Counted from the first letter of the stretch, positions 37,191 to 50,022 are shown. The stretch is DNA of 64,000 bases from Lama glama (GCA_028534125.1 CM052832.1:4092001-4156000); one strand, 5' to 3'. The notes: generated by a model not told the origin, from the sequence alone. Program-made: numbers and translations.

Positions 37191-37339
37191 AGGTTTTTAT
37201 TCAGAACAATGGGGAGAATTCTTGGGATCAAAGCGCAACGTACGGAAGGGATGAGGCTAGTAAACTAGACGCACGCCGGGCACTCCCCATTGTTGCTAAG
37301 GTCTAGGGGCCGTCAGCACGCTGCCGTTCATAACTGTAA

Positions 37340-37870
37340 CAGCCAGCATTTAGGGAGAGCTGTCTTTCCACTGGACACTCTTTTACATGCTTCCCATGAC
37401 TTTTCTCACCTCATCTTCAGAATGCCCTCTGATTAGATTCTACTATTGCAGAACCACTTCATGGACAAGAAGCCCAAGACCTGGAGTGGGTCAGTGTCTT
37501 GCCAAGGGAGGGAAGGAGGGACAAATTAGGAGCTGGGGATTAGCAGATACACACCACTCTGTATAAAATAGACAAACAACAAGGACCTGCTGTTTAGCGC
37601 AAGGAACTATATTCGGTATCTTATGATAACCTATAATGGAGAAGAATCTGAAAAAGAATATGTATATACATCTATCTGTCTATATAGATAGACAGATAGA
37701 TGTATATACATCTCTGAATCACTGTGCTGTACACCTGACGCTAACACAGCATTTAAATCACTATACTGCGATAAAAAAAATGACTTAAAAAATAGCCTAA
37801 TAAAAAAAAAATCTTGCCCAAGATGACAGAGCCACAGGGCTCACAAACGGTAAACCCCGGATTCAGACTC
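37340..37870 (-). mobile_element. MIR interrupted by a younger L1 insertion
   Basis: Antisense MIR (cacttcatggacaagaagcccaagac...gtcttgccaag) resumes at 37812 as tcttgcccaagatgacagagc. Confidence 0.55.
37507..37811 (+). mobile_element. L1 3'UTR insertion with A-tail and TSD
   Basis: ggagggacaaattaggagctggggattagcagatacac...aacaacaaggacctgctg...gctgtacacctgacgctaacacagc. TSD tcttgccaag (37497-37506) and tcttgcccaag (37812-37822). Confidence 0.9.
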
Positions 37871-38084
37871 CCACCACAGCGTGGCGGTGAGGGTCTTGCC
37901 CCCTGCCCCTGCACCGCGTGGCTGCTAAGGTCAGCTGGAGACAAAGGCTGATGGGGACGCCACCCTCTGCTCAAGCTGTCCCACATAAACCTGCACCGTG
38001 CAGTGTGAACGCCACTGTGGGGCTGTGGGGCTGGGGGGGGCTGGGGCTGCTGAGAGAAGGCAACTTTTCTTAACCCACTGGCCC

Positions 38085-38490
38085 AGAGGCGCCAGGGTTT
38101 CCCAGTTCTCCAAAGCGCGCGCGCGGAGCCTGAGCGACCCCGCCTTCCCTGTCCGGCGCGCCCTCTGCCTTTCCCACCGCTAGCGCCCTGCTCCCCGGGC
38201 AGGTGCGCCCGGGGGAGACAAATCATCTGAAAACACGGGCGATGGGACAGGATGTCCCGGTGTCCCCTGATCCAAGAAGACAGGGCTGTGAACGTAACAA
38301 CGAACCGGAGGACTCGCTGCGGGGCCGGCGCTGGGTGGCGCCCGGAAACTGTGCGGAACCCGAGGGCCCCCCCAAGCCGCGGAGAGATTGGGCGCTGGCC
38401 AGGAAAAGGTGCGGAGGGTGCCAGACTCCTCCCGAGAAAAGAACGGCTCCACAGTCAGGCCTCTTGCTATAACTGTCGCTCCCGCTCCCT
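38085..38490. promoter_or_regulatory. CpG island
   Basis: About 400 bp with high GC and dense CpG (gcgcgcgcgcgg, ccccgcc GC-box, ccggcgcgcc, gggccggcgc). The overlapping ORFs are Arg/Gly/Pro-rich artefacts. Confidence 0.75.
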
Positions 38491-39159
38491 CTTTTCAAGC
38501 TCCTCTCCCTATTGTAAATAATCCCGTTAAAGGAGGGCCATTGTCTCTCCTTTCACACAAGAGGCCCATTCAGAGCCCTGAGCAGTCAGGAAAGGGGAAG
38601 CACCCAGAATCGGAAAGACGAGGGGTGTGGCGTGTTCCATCGGAGGGGAAGCCGGAGGTGGAGGAGGGAGGGGCCGGGGTGAGCCAGGACAGGCCCAGAG
38701 GGTCCCACTGGTCTCCTAGCTGGAAAATCTCCTGTGAAATCTGCCCAGAGTTAATGCTGGTTAAAGGGGAAGAGGGTGGGGGCATGGGGCATAAAAAGAG
38801 AAGATGGAAGTAGGGAGCTGTGTCTGTGGTTTCTAATATCTTTGGGCTCCAGAAAAAGAGGGAGGATGATGGTTGATGCAAACAGAATGCAACTCATTCG
38901 GATGAGTTTCTCTGCCATTATGCAAGATGGGCATTTCATAGGGTGAGCAATCAACTGATCTTAAAAAGAAAAAAAAAAACTAAGCTATTGAGAAAGTTTA
39001 AAGACCTTTGAGGGATAGGTTCTTGTCAAGTCTAAGAGTTATCCCCAAACCGGACTGGCCAATCATCAATTTTTTTTTTTCTCCTTAGTTCTTAAATCAC
39101 AGCTGCTACATTTCAAGGAGAGCAAAGAACGAGTCAAAGAGTCAGCAGGGCACGTTGGT

Positions 39160-39391
39160 TTGGAGAGAAGACTCTGGAGCCAGACTACGTGGATTCAGAT
39201 TAGCTCTGTCATTCATTAATGCGTAAGCCTGGGCCAGTTACACAGCCTCTCTGTGCCTCTGCTCCCCGTCTACAACTTGGGGATAATAATAGTACGAGCA
39301 GAAGGTTGTTGGGCAGATTAGATGGGTTAGCAGAGGTGAGGTACGTAGAGGGTTGCCTGGCACATCCTGAGTGCTGGATAAACGCTTGCTG
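39160..39391 (+). mobile_element. MIR SINE, near full length
   Basis: gactctggagccagactacgtggattcaga...cctctctgtgcctctgctccccgtcta...ggggataataatagta...tgcctggcaca. Confidence 0.8.
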
Positions 39392-40364
39392 TACGAAGGA
39401 ATCACTGTCCATCAGAGAACCAGCACCTCCTCATGCACTGTCATGGACAACAGCCCACGAGCACGTAAGCTATGCAGTGGTGGTGTCCCTGTGTTTCCTC
39501 CTTCAGGCGCATGACACTGTGAGTGCTGAAGATTTTGTTCAGAACAAAATGGAAATCATACCTAGATCTTCTCTATGACCTTGACGCATTTGAATGTAAC
39601 TTGTCTCCCGGGAGCGGATACAGAAGGGCCAGCCTTGATCGTTAGTCACGCTTTTTGTCGTCGAGCTGGTTATTGCAAGAATGCATGGGATCAGGCCATC
39701 CTGAAATGCATTTGTGCAGGCTTTGGAAACACCCGATCAATGACCTCTTAGGGAGAGCAAATGAGTCCTTGAGAAAGATCTTTGACTCGTACAGCATTAT
39801 TCTCCAACTTTCACCCCAAAATCACCAAGCAAAGCTAAGAGATGGTTCCTTCTTGACATCCTTGAGATTATGGATAATGCTTTGGTGAATTTTCTCCCTT
39901 GAAAGTGATTCCTTCATATATTTTTCATGTAATTCACCTCCTGTACAAGTGTTTACCAGGTCGTGGTGAACTCCATTAAGTAATGAGACTGAATCCTTAC
40001 AAGGATGCTCGTGGCTGGGGCTGCTTTCTGAGAGAGAAAATTCATGTAGGTATGACTGTGGCCGTATCCTCACTGCTCGAGCTGTCTCACGGGTGGTGGG
40101 GCAAACACATCGCACTGCTCGTAGATTTTCAGACTGCCGTGAGCGGACCGAATGTGCCAAACGTTTCAGGCCCATCTACATGACTGGACGTCTGGATGAA
40201 AGCTAGAGAAGCTTCGATGTGTGGGAACTTATTGCTTTAAATGTGGACAGAAAAGAATTATGAATTTCAAAGAAACACGGTTTAAATAGAACAATATGGC
40301 TCATTCGGAACCATTCATCGGACAGTGAAGTTCTGGATCAAAGCAGTATTTAGTCCATTCCTTC

Positions 40365-40545
40365 TAGGAGTGGCTCTCAACCAGAGAGGTCCAGCCGCTG
40401 AGCGTGCTTTGGAATCTGCAGGGTGATTTTGGTTGCTCTCAGGTTTGAAGGTGCTGTTGGAACTACTTAGTGGGTGAGATCCAAGCGTGTAAATACTTGC
40501 AATGTATGGACAATCTGACACAATGAAGAGGCGTCCCGCCCCGCT
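40365..40545. mobile_element. hAT-Charlie relic (MER20-like)
   Basis: gtggctctcaacc terminus and gggtgattttggttgctctca...aaatacttgcaatgtatggacaatctgacacaatgaagag. Confidence 0.5.
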
Positions 40546-40999
40546 TCTGATTTTCCCTGTATCCCACTGGACTCTCCTGGATGCAGAGATCCGGTCATGT
40601 GCCTGGTGTGTTATTCCTACATCAGTGGAGTTATTTCCACCTTCCTCTCGTGATATGCTAATAAATCTAGTCTGTTATTAGCCTAATGCTCGTTTTCAGT
40701 CTGGTGTTTGCTTCCACCTCTGTCTTTCATGTTCCCGTTTGGCTTGACTGGAATGGCTTCTGATCTTTTTTAAGCTCTTAATCCAGAGTTAGTCATTGTA
40801 AGTGGGTTAAAAAAAATCAAATTCATCACCATGACTTCTAGCACAGTCATGTCCAAGATTTTCCCAATTGAAATGCATGTTATTTCCTTATCCATTGCTT
40901 TTGTTTTTCACCTTTTATATAAGGGCACTTTATTAAAGATTGAAATTATATGTAAAGTCGTATTTTATATATTTGAGTTTTCCAACTTAGAATAGAAAG

Positions 41000-41700
41000 A
41001 TGAGCATATTCATAACATTATCATATATTATACAAGTATTTTATACATTGTTAGGTGTGTGTGTTACATGTATATATTCTGAAACATAGCTTATGTTTTT
41101 CATATTACATATTTACATATATCAGACAAATAAAACATATAGTATAGGTACATATGTTGTATGTTCTAGATCTATGTGCTATGTAGGTATATATTACACG
41201 TGCATGGTATGAATACTATTTATATTATATATGTTATATGCTTACTTACATAAGTACGCTATACACGTGTATACATGGCCTACCATGCACACACACCTTA
41301 TAATGTATCTGTATATATATTACACGTACACATGTTACATGCCTTTTTACATACACGTCTGTGCACACATGATGAATGCGTGTGCAGGCATATATGTGAT
41401 GGATGGACATATGACAGATTATAAATACACACATTCATATCATGTGCCCTGGGGGAGCAGGGGATAGCTCAGTGTAGAGTGTATGCTTAGCATGAGGGAG
41501 GTCCTGGGTTCAATCCCCAGTACCTCCATTTAAATAAGTAAATAAACTGAATAAAAATTAATCTCCCTCCAAAAAAAAAAAAGAGAATTTGCTGCATATC
41601 GTGCACCTGATCATGCACATGCTTATGAGTAAATGTGCTTTGTACAGCCATGTCATATGTTTTATATATCATATTCATATTTTATATATTACATAATAGA
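41000..41700. repeat. Degenerate (TA/CA)n low-complexity tract, interrupted by a SINE
   Basis: Long catata/tacacg/tgtata-type alternating sequence on both sides of the SINE at 41451-41582. Confidence 0.7.
41451..41582 (+). mobile_element. Camelid tRNA-derived SINE (Vic-1-like)
   Basis: GGGGGAGCAGGGGATAGCTCAGTGTAGAG (A box)...GGTTCAATCCC (B box), AT-rich linker, C-rich end and poly(A). Confidence 0.92.
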
Positions 41701-43589
41701 AAAGGAAGTGTAACTATAACAGTTTTTATGATAAAGAGGTGCCTCCCATGAGGATAAAGTAGCTGGAGAGGACTCGCTGTGATGTTTCTTTAGTCCAGTC
41801 TCTCTTCTCAGACGGGCAGTGAGTGATGGGTTTGCAAGTTCTAGCGTTTGAATCGTATTTTCAGGGTCTATTTCAAATGAGAGTCAACCAGTCTAGAACT
41901 ATTAGAGAAGAAAAGGCAGCAGGTGCATGAATGAGATGATATAGTACTTACTGATTCATCAGTACTAACACGACCGAAGCCCCACCGGGAACCAGAACAT
42001 TCTAGTCAGTTTGCTTACATTCCCATCTTTTCCCATTTGAAGGTCTGAGCCAGAGGCCAAAGGCCCAGAAATATCCATGATTCTCACCTGCATTTTCATA
42101 TTTGCACATAATTCAACTCCCCATGTCCAGCTGAGGCTAACATTGAAAGTGCCCAAAGACACAGAGAAAATCAAGAGTTAGAGGAATTAGAGACATGAAG
42201 TCACTGAAATACACTAGTAAGGGGACGAGCCCAGGACCCCTGTTGGGAGTGCCGGCTCCCCGTCTCTCAGAAAGTCTGTCCATTGCCAGACAACATGTGG
42301 GTCTTCCTCCTCCTTATCTTGGTCCACAAGGCACTGAATTATCATCTACAAGGGACTAACCCCTGTTTATAGGGCTTGATGCTAAGTATGACTCAGATGA
42401 CAGACCTTCCAATAGACCAGTAATTCTCTGAGGTTGGCAATAAATTTGTCCTCCCGAGCTTCATCAGGTGACAGTTAGAAAATGAGGCTTCTTAGCAGGT
42501 CAGCAAGGCTGGGGAAGTCTTTGATGGAGCCTAGTTGTACCCTGGTCAAAACCCTTAGGATGTATTCAGGCCAAGATCTATTCTTTTGCATTGGCTTATA
42601 GCCTTAACTAAGTAGAGACTTTGCTTCCGCAAAACTTAGGGACGGCTTATAAGATGTATTCTGTCATCCATTTGCCCTAGAGGTCACCAAAGCAAAGACG
42701 CCAAGGAGAAAGACATCACTAAGAGCTGCTGGAGCTGGATTCATCATTAACCTGGAACAGGAAAGCCTTTAGAAGGTGTTACAGCTTTAGATCACCCACA
42801 TTGAGGCTGTGAGGCAATCAAACAGGTAACGAGGGGTCCACAGGGCAGGCATGCAGCAAAAAGGTATTAACGAGTTCTTTGACATTTTACTGAGAGCCTG
42901 AGATCCTACCCTATGAGCACATCATAACCATTTAAAAGTCCTAGCACTGCCTTGTGTGGTCCCAACTGCAGCTCTGCTCTGCTATAGTCTAAATGCATTT
43001 CAGGGGCTACTTTGACCCACTGGAAGTGGCTGCCTGGAATGTGGGGCTGAGAAGGATTAGAAACCTGGAACTAGACTCAGGCCACATAGGGGTGTGTATG
43101 TGTGTGTGTGTTGAGAGGGTGCATATATACAATCCATTAGAAGTGTTCACATCTATGGGATGGAAAAGGTCAGTGTCACGAAGCATTCTTTACAGTTAGA
43201 CTGTAGTGAAACAGTCCATGGAATATCCTTGCACCATCCCCTCCCTTCCCGTCCCCCGGAGAGAGGATATAAATAAACCAAAAAAAGGAAAAAAATCCAT
43301 CCTCTGCCACATGCGTTAACGTCTGACTGCATTCTGACGCTTGGCTACTTAAGAGTTCTCCTGGTTAACACGGAAATGTGTGCCTGTGGAAAACCCTCCC
43401 ACGGCCAGCGGCGGGTGTGGCTGGCCTGCTACGTGGAGGGGCAGGGAGGCTTCTGTGGGGCGAGTAGGAGCCCACGTGGAAGGAGGAATCCAGGTGGACT
43501 TTTAAGAATGTATTTCCTCCTCGTGTCCTCTGTTTTATAGAAATGATCTGTTAGAGTATTTCTTTCCGCTTTAAGAGAGGACAGAAACA

Positions 43590-43695
43590 CAGACCGTGCT
43601 TTCTTTAACTTTGTATCCAAATGCTTCCTGTGGTACCTGGCACTCAGGAGGCACTCAATAAACAGTCTTTGACTGAATCAACAGTCGACTGAATG
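43590..43695 (+). mobile_element. L2 3' end
   Basis: ctttgtatcc...gtacctggcactcaggaggcactcaataaa...gactgaatg. Confidence 0.6.
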
Positions 43696-43825
43696 TCACT
43701 GAGCTTCCATTTCTTCATCAGTAAAATGAGGATCATGATGCTTGCCTGTGGGTTTACATGAGCGTTTGTAACGTCACTTACACAAAGTGCCAAACTCATG
43801 GAAGATGCTCAGTAAATATTAACAC
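43696..43825 (+). mobile_element. MIR fragment
   Basis: ctgagcttccatttcttcatcagtaaaatgaggatcatgatg...atgctcagtaaatatta. Confidence 0.6.
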
Positions 43826-46800
43826 CCACCCACTGCCCCATTCAAATCAGGACCTGATGGAATCTAGGGAAATGGCTGCACCTGGCCAGAGAAAGTTGAC
43901 GTTAACATGGTTTGAATTTGCTACAGGATCTGTGTCCTTTTTTGGAAAGCCAGCCAAGTTGAGGAGCAAATCTCATCCTGTGAAATAGGGAGGGAAAAAA
44001 AAGAGAACAAGAGTTAAGAAAAACAGAAAAGCAAATTGTACAGAGTGGGCAAAGTTACGACAAGCCCTCAAACACTTCATTTCTTTCTATAATTTTCAGA
44101 GCTTCAAACCTTCTACGTGTCGTATGTGAAGATGAATATCTCCTCCTTGTTTTGTGGGGGAACACTTTTCACTGAACCTCAGACTTTATTAATTATTCTG
44201 GTGCAATGTTATTACAAACTGCTGTTGATTATCTGACTCTTCTGGGCATGTGCGTGAGGCCAGCACGTCAGTTTCATATTAAAAGGATGTCGTTTGTGAA
44301 AACTAGATACAGAAATAAAGTATGTGTTTAATTAAGGCTTTAATCTTCTCTGAGTTCATTTTTTAGAAAGGGAGGTGGCACCCTGGATGCCTGTGGGGTT
44401 GATAATATTTTCCTAAAATGATTCATAGTCCTATCAGAAGTATTAGTAAAGGTCCTTTTGTGTTAGTAATTAACTTCCATGGCTTGATATTATTTTACCT
44501 CTCTTGATTGTATGTTCCAGTCCAGATACTTATAAACGAACGGTGCCATCTCTATATTTTGCCAAGTTAAAAAAAAAATTCCACAGACAACTGCCCACTT
44601 AGCAGACATCCTCAGAAAAATAACCAGACAGAAAAATGATGGGAGAGGGAAAGAAATGAGGGAGGAGAAAAGAGTGAATGTGCTGGAGGAGGTGGCAAGA
44701 GAAAGAAGAGAATTTTTTAAAGGGAGAAGAAAATAAATAAAAGAAAACCAAATCCAAAAACCCATCAAAACTGGGGACCAGGCAAAAAAAAAAAAAAAGA
44801 GGAAAGCCACACAGTGTCAGGCTAAGGCCAGGGTCGGCTGAGACCACACCCTCAAAGGTGCAGGAGGGGGTCTCTGGTCTCCCAACAGCTGACGGCCATC
44901 CGCAGAGTGGCCGGGCCACCATAGAGCTCGAAACCGGCTCTTAATAAGGAGAAGGTGAAGATACAAGGAAATGTCAGAAGATTAAGCCCACTGCTAAAGA
45001 GTATTTTCTTTACAGGTTGCCAGGGAACGCTTTGTTCCCCTGATCAGGCCAGGGAGGTGATGGTGATGTCAGCGTTTCCTCTGCCATCCTCATCAGCTCT
45101 GTCCTGGGAGGGTTCCTTTTCTGTCTGTCTGCCATCCCTCACCTGGACCAAATGCTACCCAGGTACAGAAGGGTGTGGCCCCCGGGCCACAGAAAGCAGA
45201 TGGCTGTTACTGGGTGAGGATCTAATTCCCCTCCTGTTTGTAGAGGAAGGGGAAAGACAGTGGGAGGGGAAAAAAAAAAAGGGAGTTCTAGTGACTCTGA
45301 AGGGATGATTGCAGCTGGTTTCCAAAAAAAAAAGTTCTTCTACCTTTTGTGAGAATAATCAGCAGGTATAGATATTAAAGAAGGAAAAAGTCATCGTTTC
45401 CAAAATAGGTCAAATGTTGAAACAGGATAAAAAAATTCGATGTTATTCATTTCTTGCTCCCTCCGCAGCCCTGGGATGCTCGCTGACATAGCCCTGCATT
45501 TCAAATGCTGAAGTGCCCTTGAGTTCTAATGATAACTGTAATGATATTTTGTGGGTTCCCCACTGCTTAAACAAAGACAGAATTTATAATGTGCCTCAGA
45601 GCATCGAAAATGGATGTTAGGAAACATTAATATTACTATTTTTATCACTATTTAGCGAACAGTGCTGGAAGATATTAATATTACCATGATCATTATTATG
45701 GTGAGATAACGAAGTCCCAGAACTCCATGTGGCCAAGAGATTGTTGAGGGGGAAGAAAAATGGACGAGCTTCTTTTCCTCTAAGTTCTTTACATCGGGAT
45801 GAACTGGAAAAATAATCACAGTGGCTCCCGGAGTCAGAAGTCAGGGTAATTAAGTGGGTAAATGAGGCCCGTGTCATTTGAATTTATGCATTTTCCTTCA
45901 TCCCTTTGTTTGCTCTGCCTTTCTCTTCGCCAGGTCTCCACCGCAACGTTGTTTATTCATGGAGGGCACGCCACGGTTTTTCATACTGGGGGGTGGAAAT
46001 CCGAAGCCCTTCATCCGACTGGCCAACGTGTAGACCGAGAGAGAACACAAGGGGATCAAAGTGGTATGAAGACAACAGGGGTTTCATTAAAATGTTCCGT
46101 TCTCTGCCTGAGGACAGAGCAGGGAGAAAAGGNNNNNNNNNNNNNNNNNNNNNNNNNNNNNNNNNNNNNNNNNNNNNNNNNNNNNNNNNNNNNNNNNNNN
46201 NNNNNNNNNNNNNNNNNNNNNNNNNNNNNNNNNNNNNNNNNNNNNNNNNNNNNNNNNNNNNNNNNNNNNNNNNNNNNNNNNNNNNNNNNNNNNNNNNNNN
46301 NNNNNNNNNNNNNNNNNNNNNNNNNNNNNNNNNNNNNNNNNNNNNNNNNNNNNNNNNNNNNNNNNNNNNNNNNNNNNNNNNNNNNNNNNNNNNNNNNNNN
46401 NNNNNNNNNNNNNNNNNNNNNNNNNGATTGCGAGCTGCTGTCAAAATGTCACTTGAATTAAGGGAAGGGCACTTAAACAGAGAGTGATTCATCACTGTGT
46501 AGGGTGGTTACCCACCTCCGCACGCCCTCCTCTCTCCCCCCAAGTATCTTTCACAGCATATGCCATTTTAAGAGGCATATAACATGTAAAGTGGAACGTT
46601 TAATATTGAGCATCCTACAGAAAGTCTGGCGCCTTCAATACTTTGCTAGACACACAGGACAGGCTGAGTTAAGTGGCTGCATGTATGACACTCAGACATG
46701 ACAGCGGCGGTACATGAGTTTACATTCTTCACGTGGAATTCCCAAGACTCCTTTTCTGAGGCTGGCCCTCAGTGCTCGTAAAGGATAAATACACTCAGAG

Positions 46801-47344
46801 TGAAGAGTTGTGCAAATACATTTAAATAATTTGTTCGCGGAGCACCAGTGAGATAATCCTGAAGGATGATTATTCTGAAATTGGCACGTGGTCCGGTGTC
46901 ACTGCTCGGTGCTGTGCGGGTCCCTCATGCTGGCTTCCGCCATCTGTCCGGACTCCAACCCTGCTGAGAGATGCCAGGTCCTCGCCACACATCTGGGAGC
47001 TGAGAACAGATCTTCCCGAGCAGGAAGGCAGGCTTTGTGCTGCTGGCAGGTCACTCCAGCCGTGTCAGCTAAGCTCTTGACACCCCGGGTTTTCCATTTG
47101 TCCCACGGAACCACTGAGGACAGCCACCTTGTGAGGACTCAGTAGGGTGACCCGCTGAAAGGGCTCAGCACAACACCTGACTCAGAATGAGCTCCCAGTC
47201 AGCGACAGCTATGGCTGCTTCCTATTTTAAAAGATCACTTTTCTGTACACAGAAGAACATTGTAAGCTGCACAGCTGGACATTTATGTCCTCATTATTCA
47301 GATCAGGAAATGAAGCCAGGCATAATATCTTCGATCCCGTAAAC

Positions 47345-47541
47345 CAGAGGTCACAAACTTTTTCGGCACACGGCCAGTTGGTAAATATTTTTGGCTTTGT
47401 GGCCCATAAGGTCTCCAGTGCAAAAAGAGAGCCGCAGATGATATGTAAATGAAGGGGCGTGGCTTATTCTGATGCAACTTTATATACAAAAGGAGGCAGC
47501 AGGCTGGATTGGACCCCTGGGCTGTAGCTTGCCGACCCCTG
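47345..47541. mobile_element. hAT-Charlie MITE, MER58A-like
   Basis: Termini CAGAGGTCACAAACTTTT and GTAGCTTGCCGACCCCTG. Homologous to 12548-12764, with an internal deletion. Confidence 0.8.
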
Positions 47542-48748
47542 GTCTGAGCCACGTTGGCAGCAGGCGGCTCATAGTTAAGTGCTCATCGGACGCTAGCTGG
47601 ATCAGTAAAATAACAGATGAACGGACACATCCAGGACAAGATCCCCGGTCTTAATCATAGTGCTGAAATTGGCCCAAAGAGTCTTCCATTAATTAAATTA
47701 ACAGTATTTAAAGCAGAATGAAATTTACTTCTCGATTTTTACCTGCGAAAACAAATTTAGTTTCGAGTGTGCTGATGTAGATACTCTTTAAGGAAAACTT
47801 TCAGCAGAGGAGGTAGACCTTTCTTAGAAAGTCTATAGAATATTTATAGACTTTTAAAAATACATATGTACAGCATCAACTCTGGCTTTAGCTCACAACT
47901 GATTGGTGGTAGAAAAGAGAAGAATCTGCCTCTATCTTAAAAGAGCATCATTTATTTTGTTCGGCCTTCTCCTTGTCTTCCTCCTGGTCAGAGCAAAATA
48001 CCCAGCATGGGCTGGAGGAAGAGAGTCTTTACTGTGTGTGGGTGGCGGTGGAGGGTAGGGCTCTTCCTCTGATCCCAGCTGGAGCCCACCCTCCCCTTCC
48101 TTCTTCTGCTGCCCCGTGCCTTCTGTGGTCCTGCCTTTCCCCATGGTTTCTTCACAGCCTCCAAGGTGCAGGGGCAGTGAGGAACTCTTCATGCAGAGAA
48201 AGTCTCTGAAGATGTGACCAAAGTCCTCATACTTCAGTTACTCAGTCAAAATGGACCCTGTGAAGACTTTGAAATAACAGCAGAGTGTATTTGCAATGAC
48301 CTGTACTATTTTACAGAATTTTAGAAACACAAGAATGCAGCTACTCCATGAGCTGCTATAAACAGAAGAATGCGGCTGGTGAAATAGGTCAAAATGAGCT
48401 GGACAACAGCGTCAAGGAGTCTGGACGTACTACCAGAAGATACTGCCAGTAATTTCCACGTGTGTGCTGGAAATGTGAGCCAAGACATTGCAACAAAGGG
48501 CATCAAGTCATCCTTTTCCCCTATGGATGAAATATCAGATGCCTGGGTTATGAGATAGATGTATGGCAACTGGAAAATCCAATAGTTGTCCCTCTGCACC
48601 TTGTATAAATAACCAGATGCGGAAAATGCAGTTGAACATGTGTGAGCTCAGGGATGACGCAGTTGTCAGATCAGAGCTAACTGGGCCATACAAAAGCCAT
48701 GTGTGCATAAAGTGCATGAAAATACACCCAAAAGCAGTTGAAAGTTGA

Positions 48749-48990
48749 AAACCACAAGCTTAGCAGATTGAAAGGCACGCACACTTCTTATCTCACAGCT
48801 TCTGCGGCTCGGGAGTCCAGGCACTCACAGAGGAGAGCTGTATCCTCTGCTTAGGGACGTAGGGCTGCACTCAGGATGTCAGGGAGGGCGAGGTTCTCAT
48901 CAGAGGCTCAACTGGGGAAGGATCCACTGCCAAGTTCCCTGAGATTATTGGCGGAATCCATTTCTTTGAGAACCTGTGGGCTGCAATGGC
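48749..48990 (-). mobile_element. MaLR LTR fragment (MLT1-like)
   Basis: accacaagcttagcagattgaaa...tatctcacagcttctgcggctcgggagtccaggcac...aggctcaactggggaaggatccactgccaag. Confidence 0.7.
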
Positions 48991-49757
48991 AGCTGCTTCT
49001 CCAAAGGTAGCAACAGAGGAAAAAGATTCTCTATTCGGGGAGATTCAAGTGCATGAAAGTTCCTTCAGAAACCACTCATTTTCTGGCTACCAAAATCACA
49101 CAGCATTATGGAGAAACATTATCTTCATACGTTTTTCCTCACTGGGAGATTGATGGCTAATGTGTGGGATTCGTCCCATGACATTTTCGGAGTCAGTAGT
49201 TGTGCACCCTCCCAGGTAAAGAAGAATGTAGTAATTCAATATTCATCTTGACCCTTCACCCTGACCTCTAACCCTGACAAGACCTCACCTTCCCAGGAAG
49301 GTCCCATGTAGCCAGTATATGTAGCCAATAACAAGTCATCTGGCAGCCCTCCCCAGAATAATTTTATGAAATAAAAATGAGGTCAGACAGGACTGCCCTG
49401 TGGCCAAGAGCATGGGCGTGGAGTTTATTCCATCCAATGAATGACTCACCGTCTGTGAGATCTGTGGGCAGGTCCCTTGACCTCTCTGTATCTTCTTCTC
49501 CATACAGTTCCTACAAGGACAAACCGAATGTTTCGAGGATCAGCAGAGGGTCAAACACATGGTAAGTGTGCCGAGTTAGCGACCAGTGAATGCCAGCGGC
49601 AACCTTGCAGAAAGTTGCAAAAAAGCACAGGCTTATTGCCGAGAGCATGACCTTGATCCTCTCAGCCCTGGGGTCTACTCTAATGAGAGCAACCCAGACT
49701 TCCTATTTCTCCCCGTGCCTAGTGGCTAGATATTAGGTTCCAAATTACTTGAAGAAA

Positions 49758-49815
49758 AAGTAAAAGATATTCATGCTCTTGAGACAAAGTAAAAGATATT
49801 CATGCTCTTGAGACA
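49758..49815. repeat. Perfect 29-bp tandem duplication
   Basis: aagtaaaagatattcatgctcttgagaca at 49758-49786 and 49787-49815. Confidence 0.95.
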
Positions 49816-50022
49816 CCTGGATTATACCTACATAAAGGACTTTTACCTGGATAAAGGTATTGGCAAATAACTTCCACATACTATGATTCATAGAATGTAC
49901 TATAATAAAATATAATACAATGCCATGCCTGTGGTATGAACAAACTGTTGGGGGCACATGAACAAGAGGGATCGGGAAAGACAGCCAAAAAGGGGTGGTT
50001 TTCTCCAAAGAGAAGGGACTCC

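Noticed and set aside
37753-38881. Several overlapping ORFs of 89-157 aa
   Set aside because: They are Arg/Gly/Pro/Ala-rich products of stop-codon depletion in a CpG island and are open on both strands.
42681-42826. Plus-strand AG...CAG|GTAACG exon-like segment
   Set aside because: Stops in all three frames, a weak polypyrimidine tract, and no partner exons.
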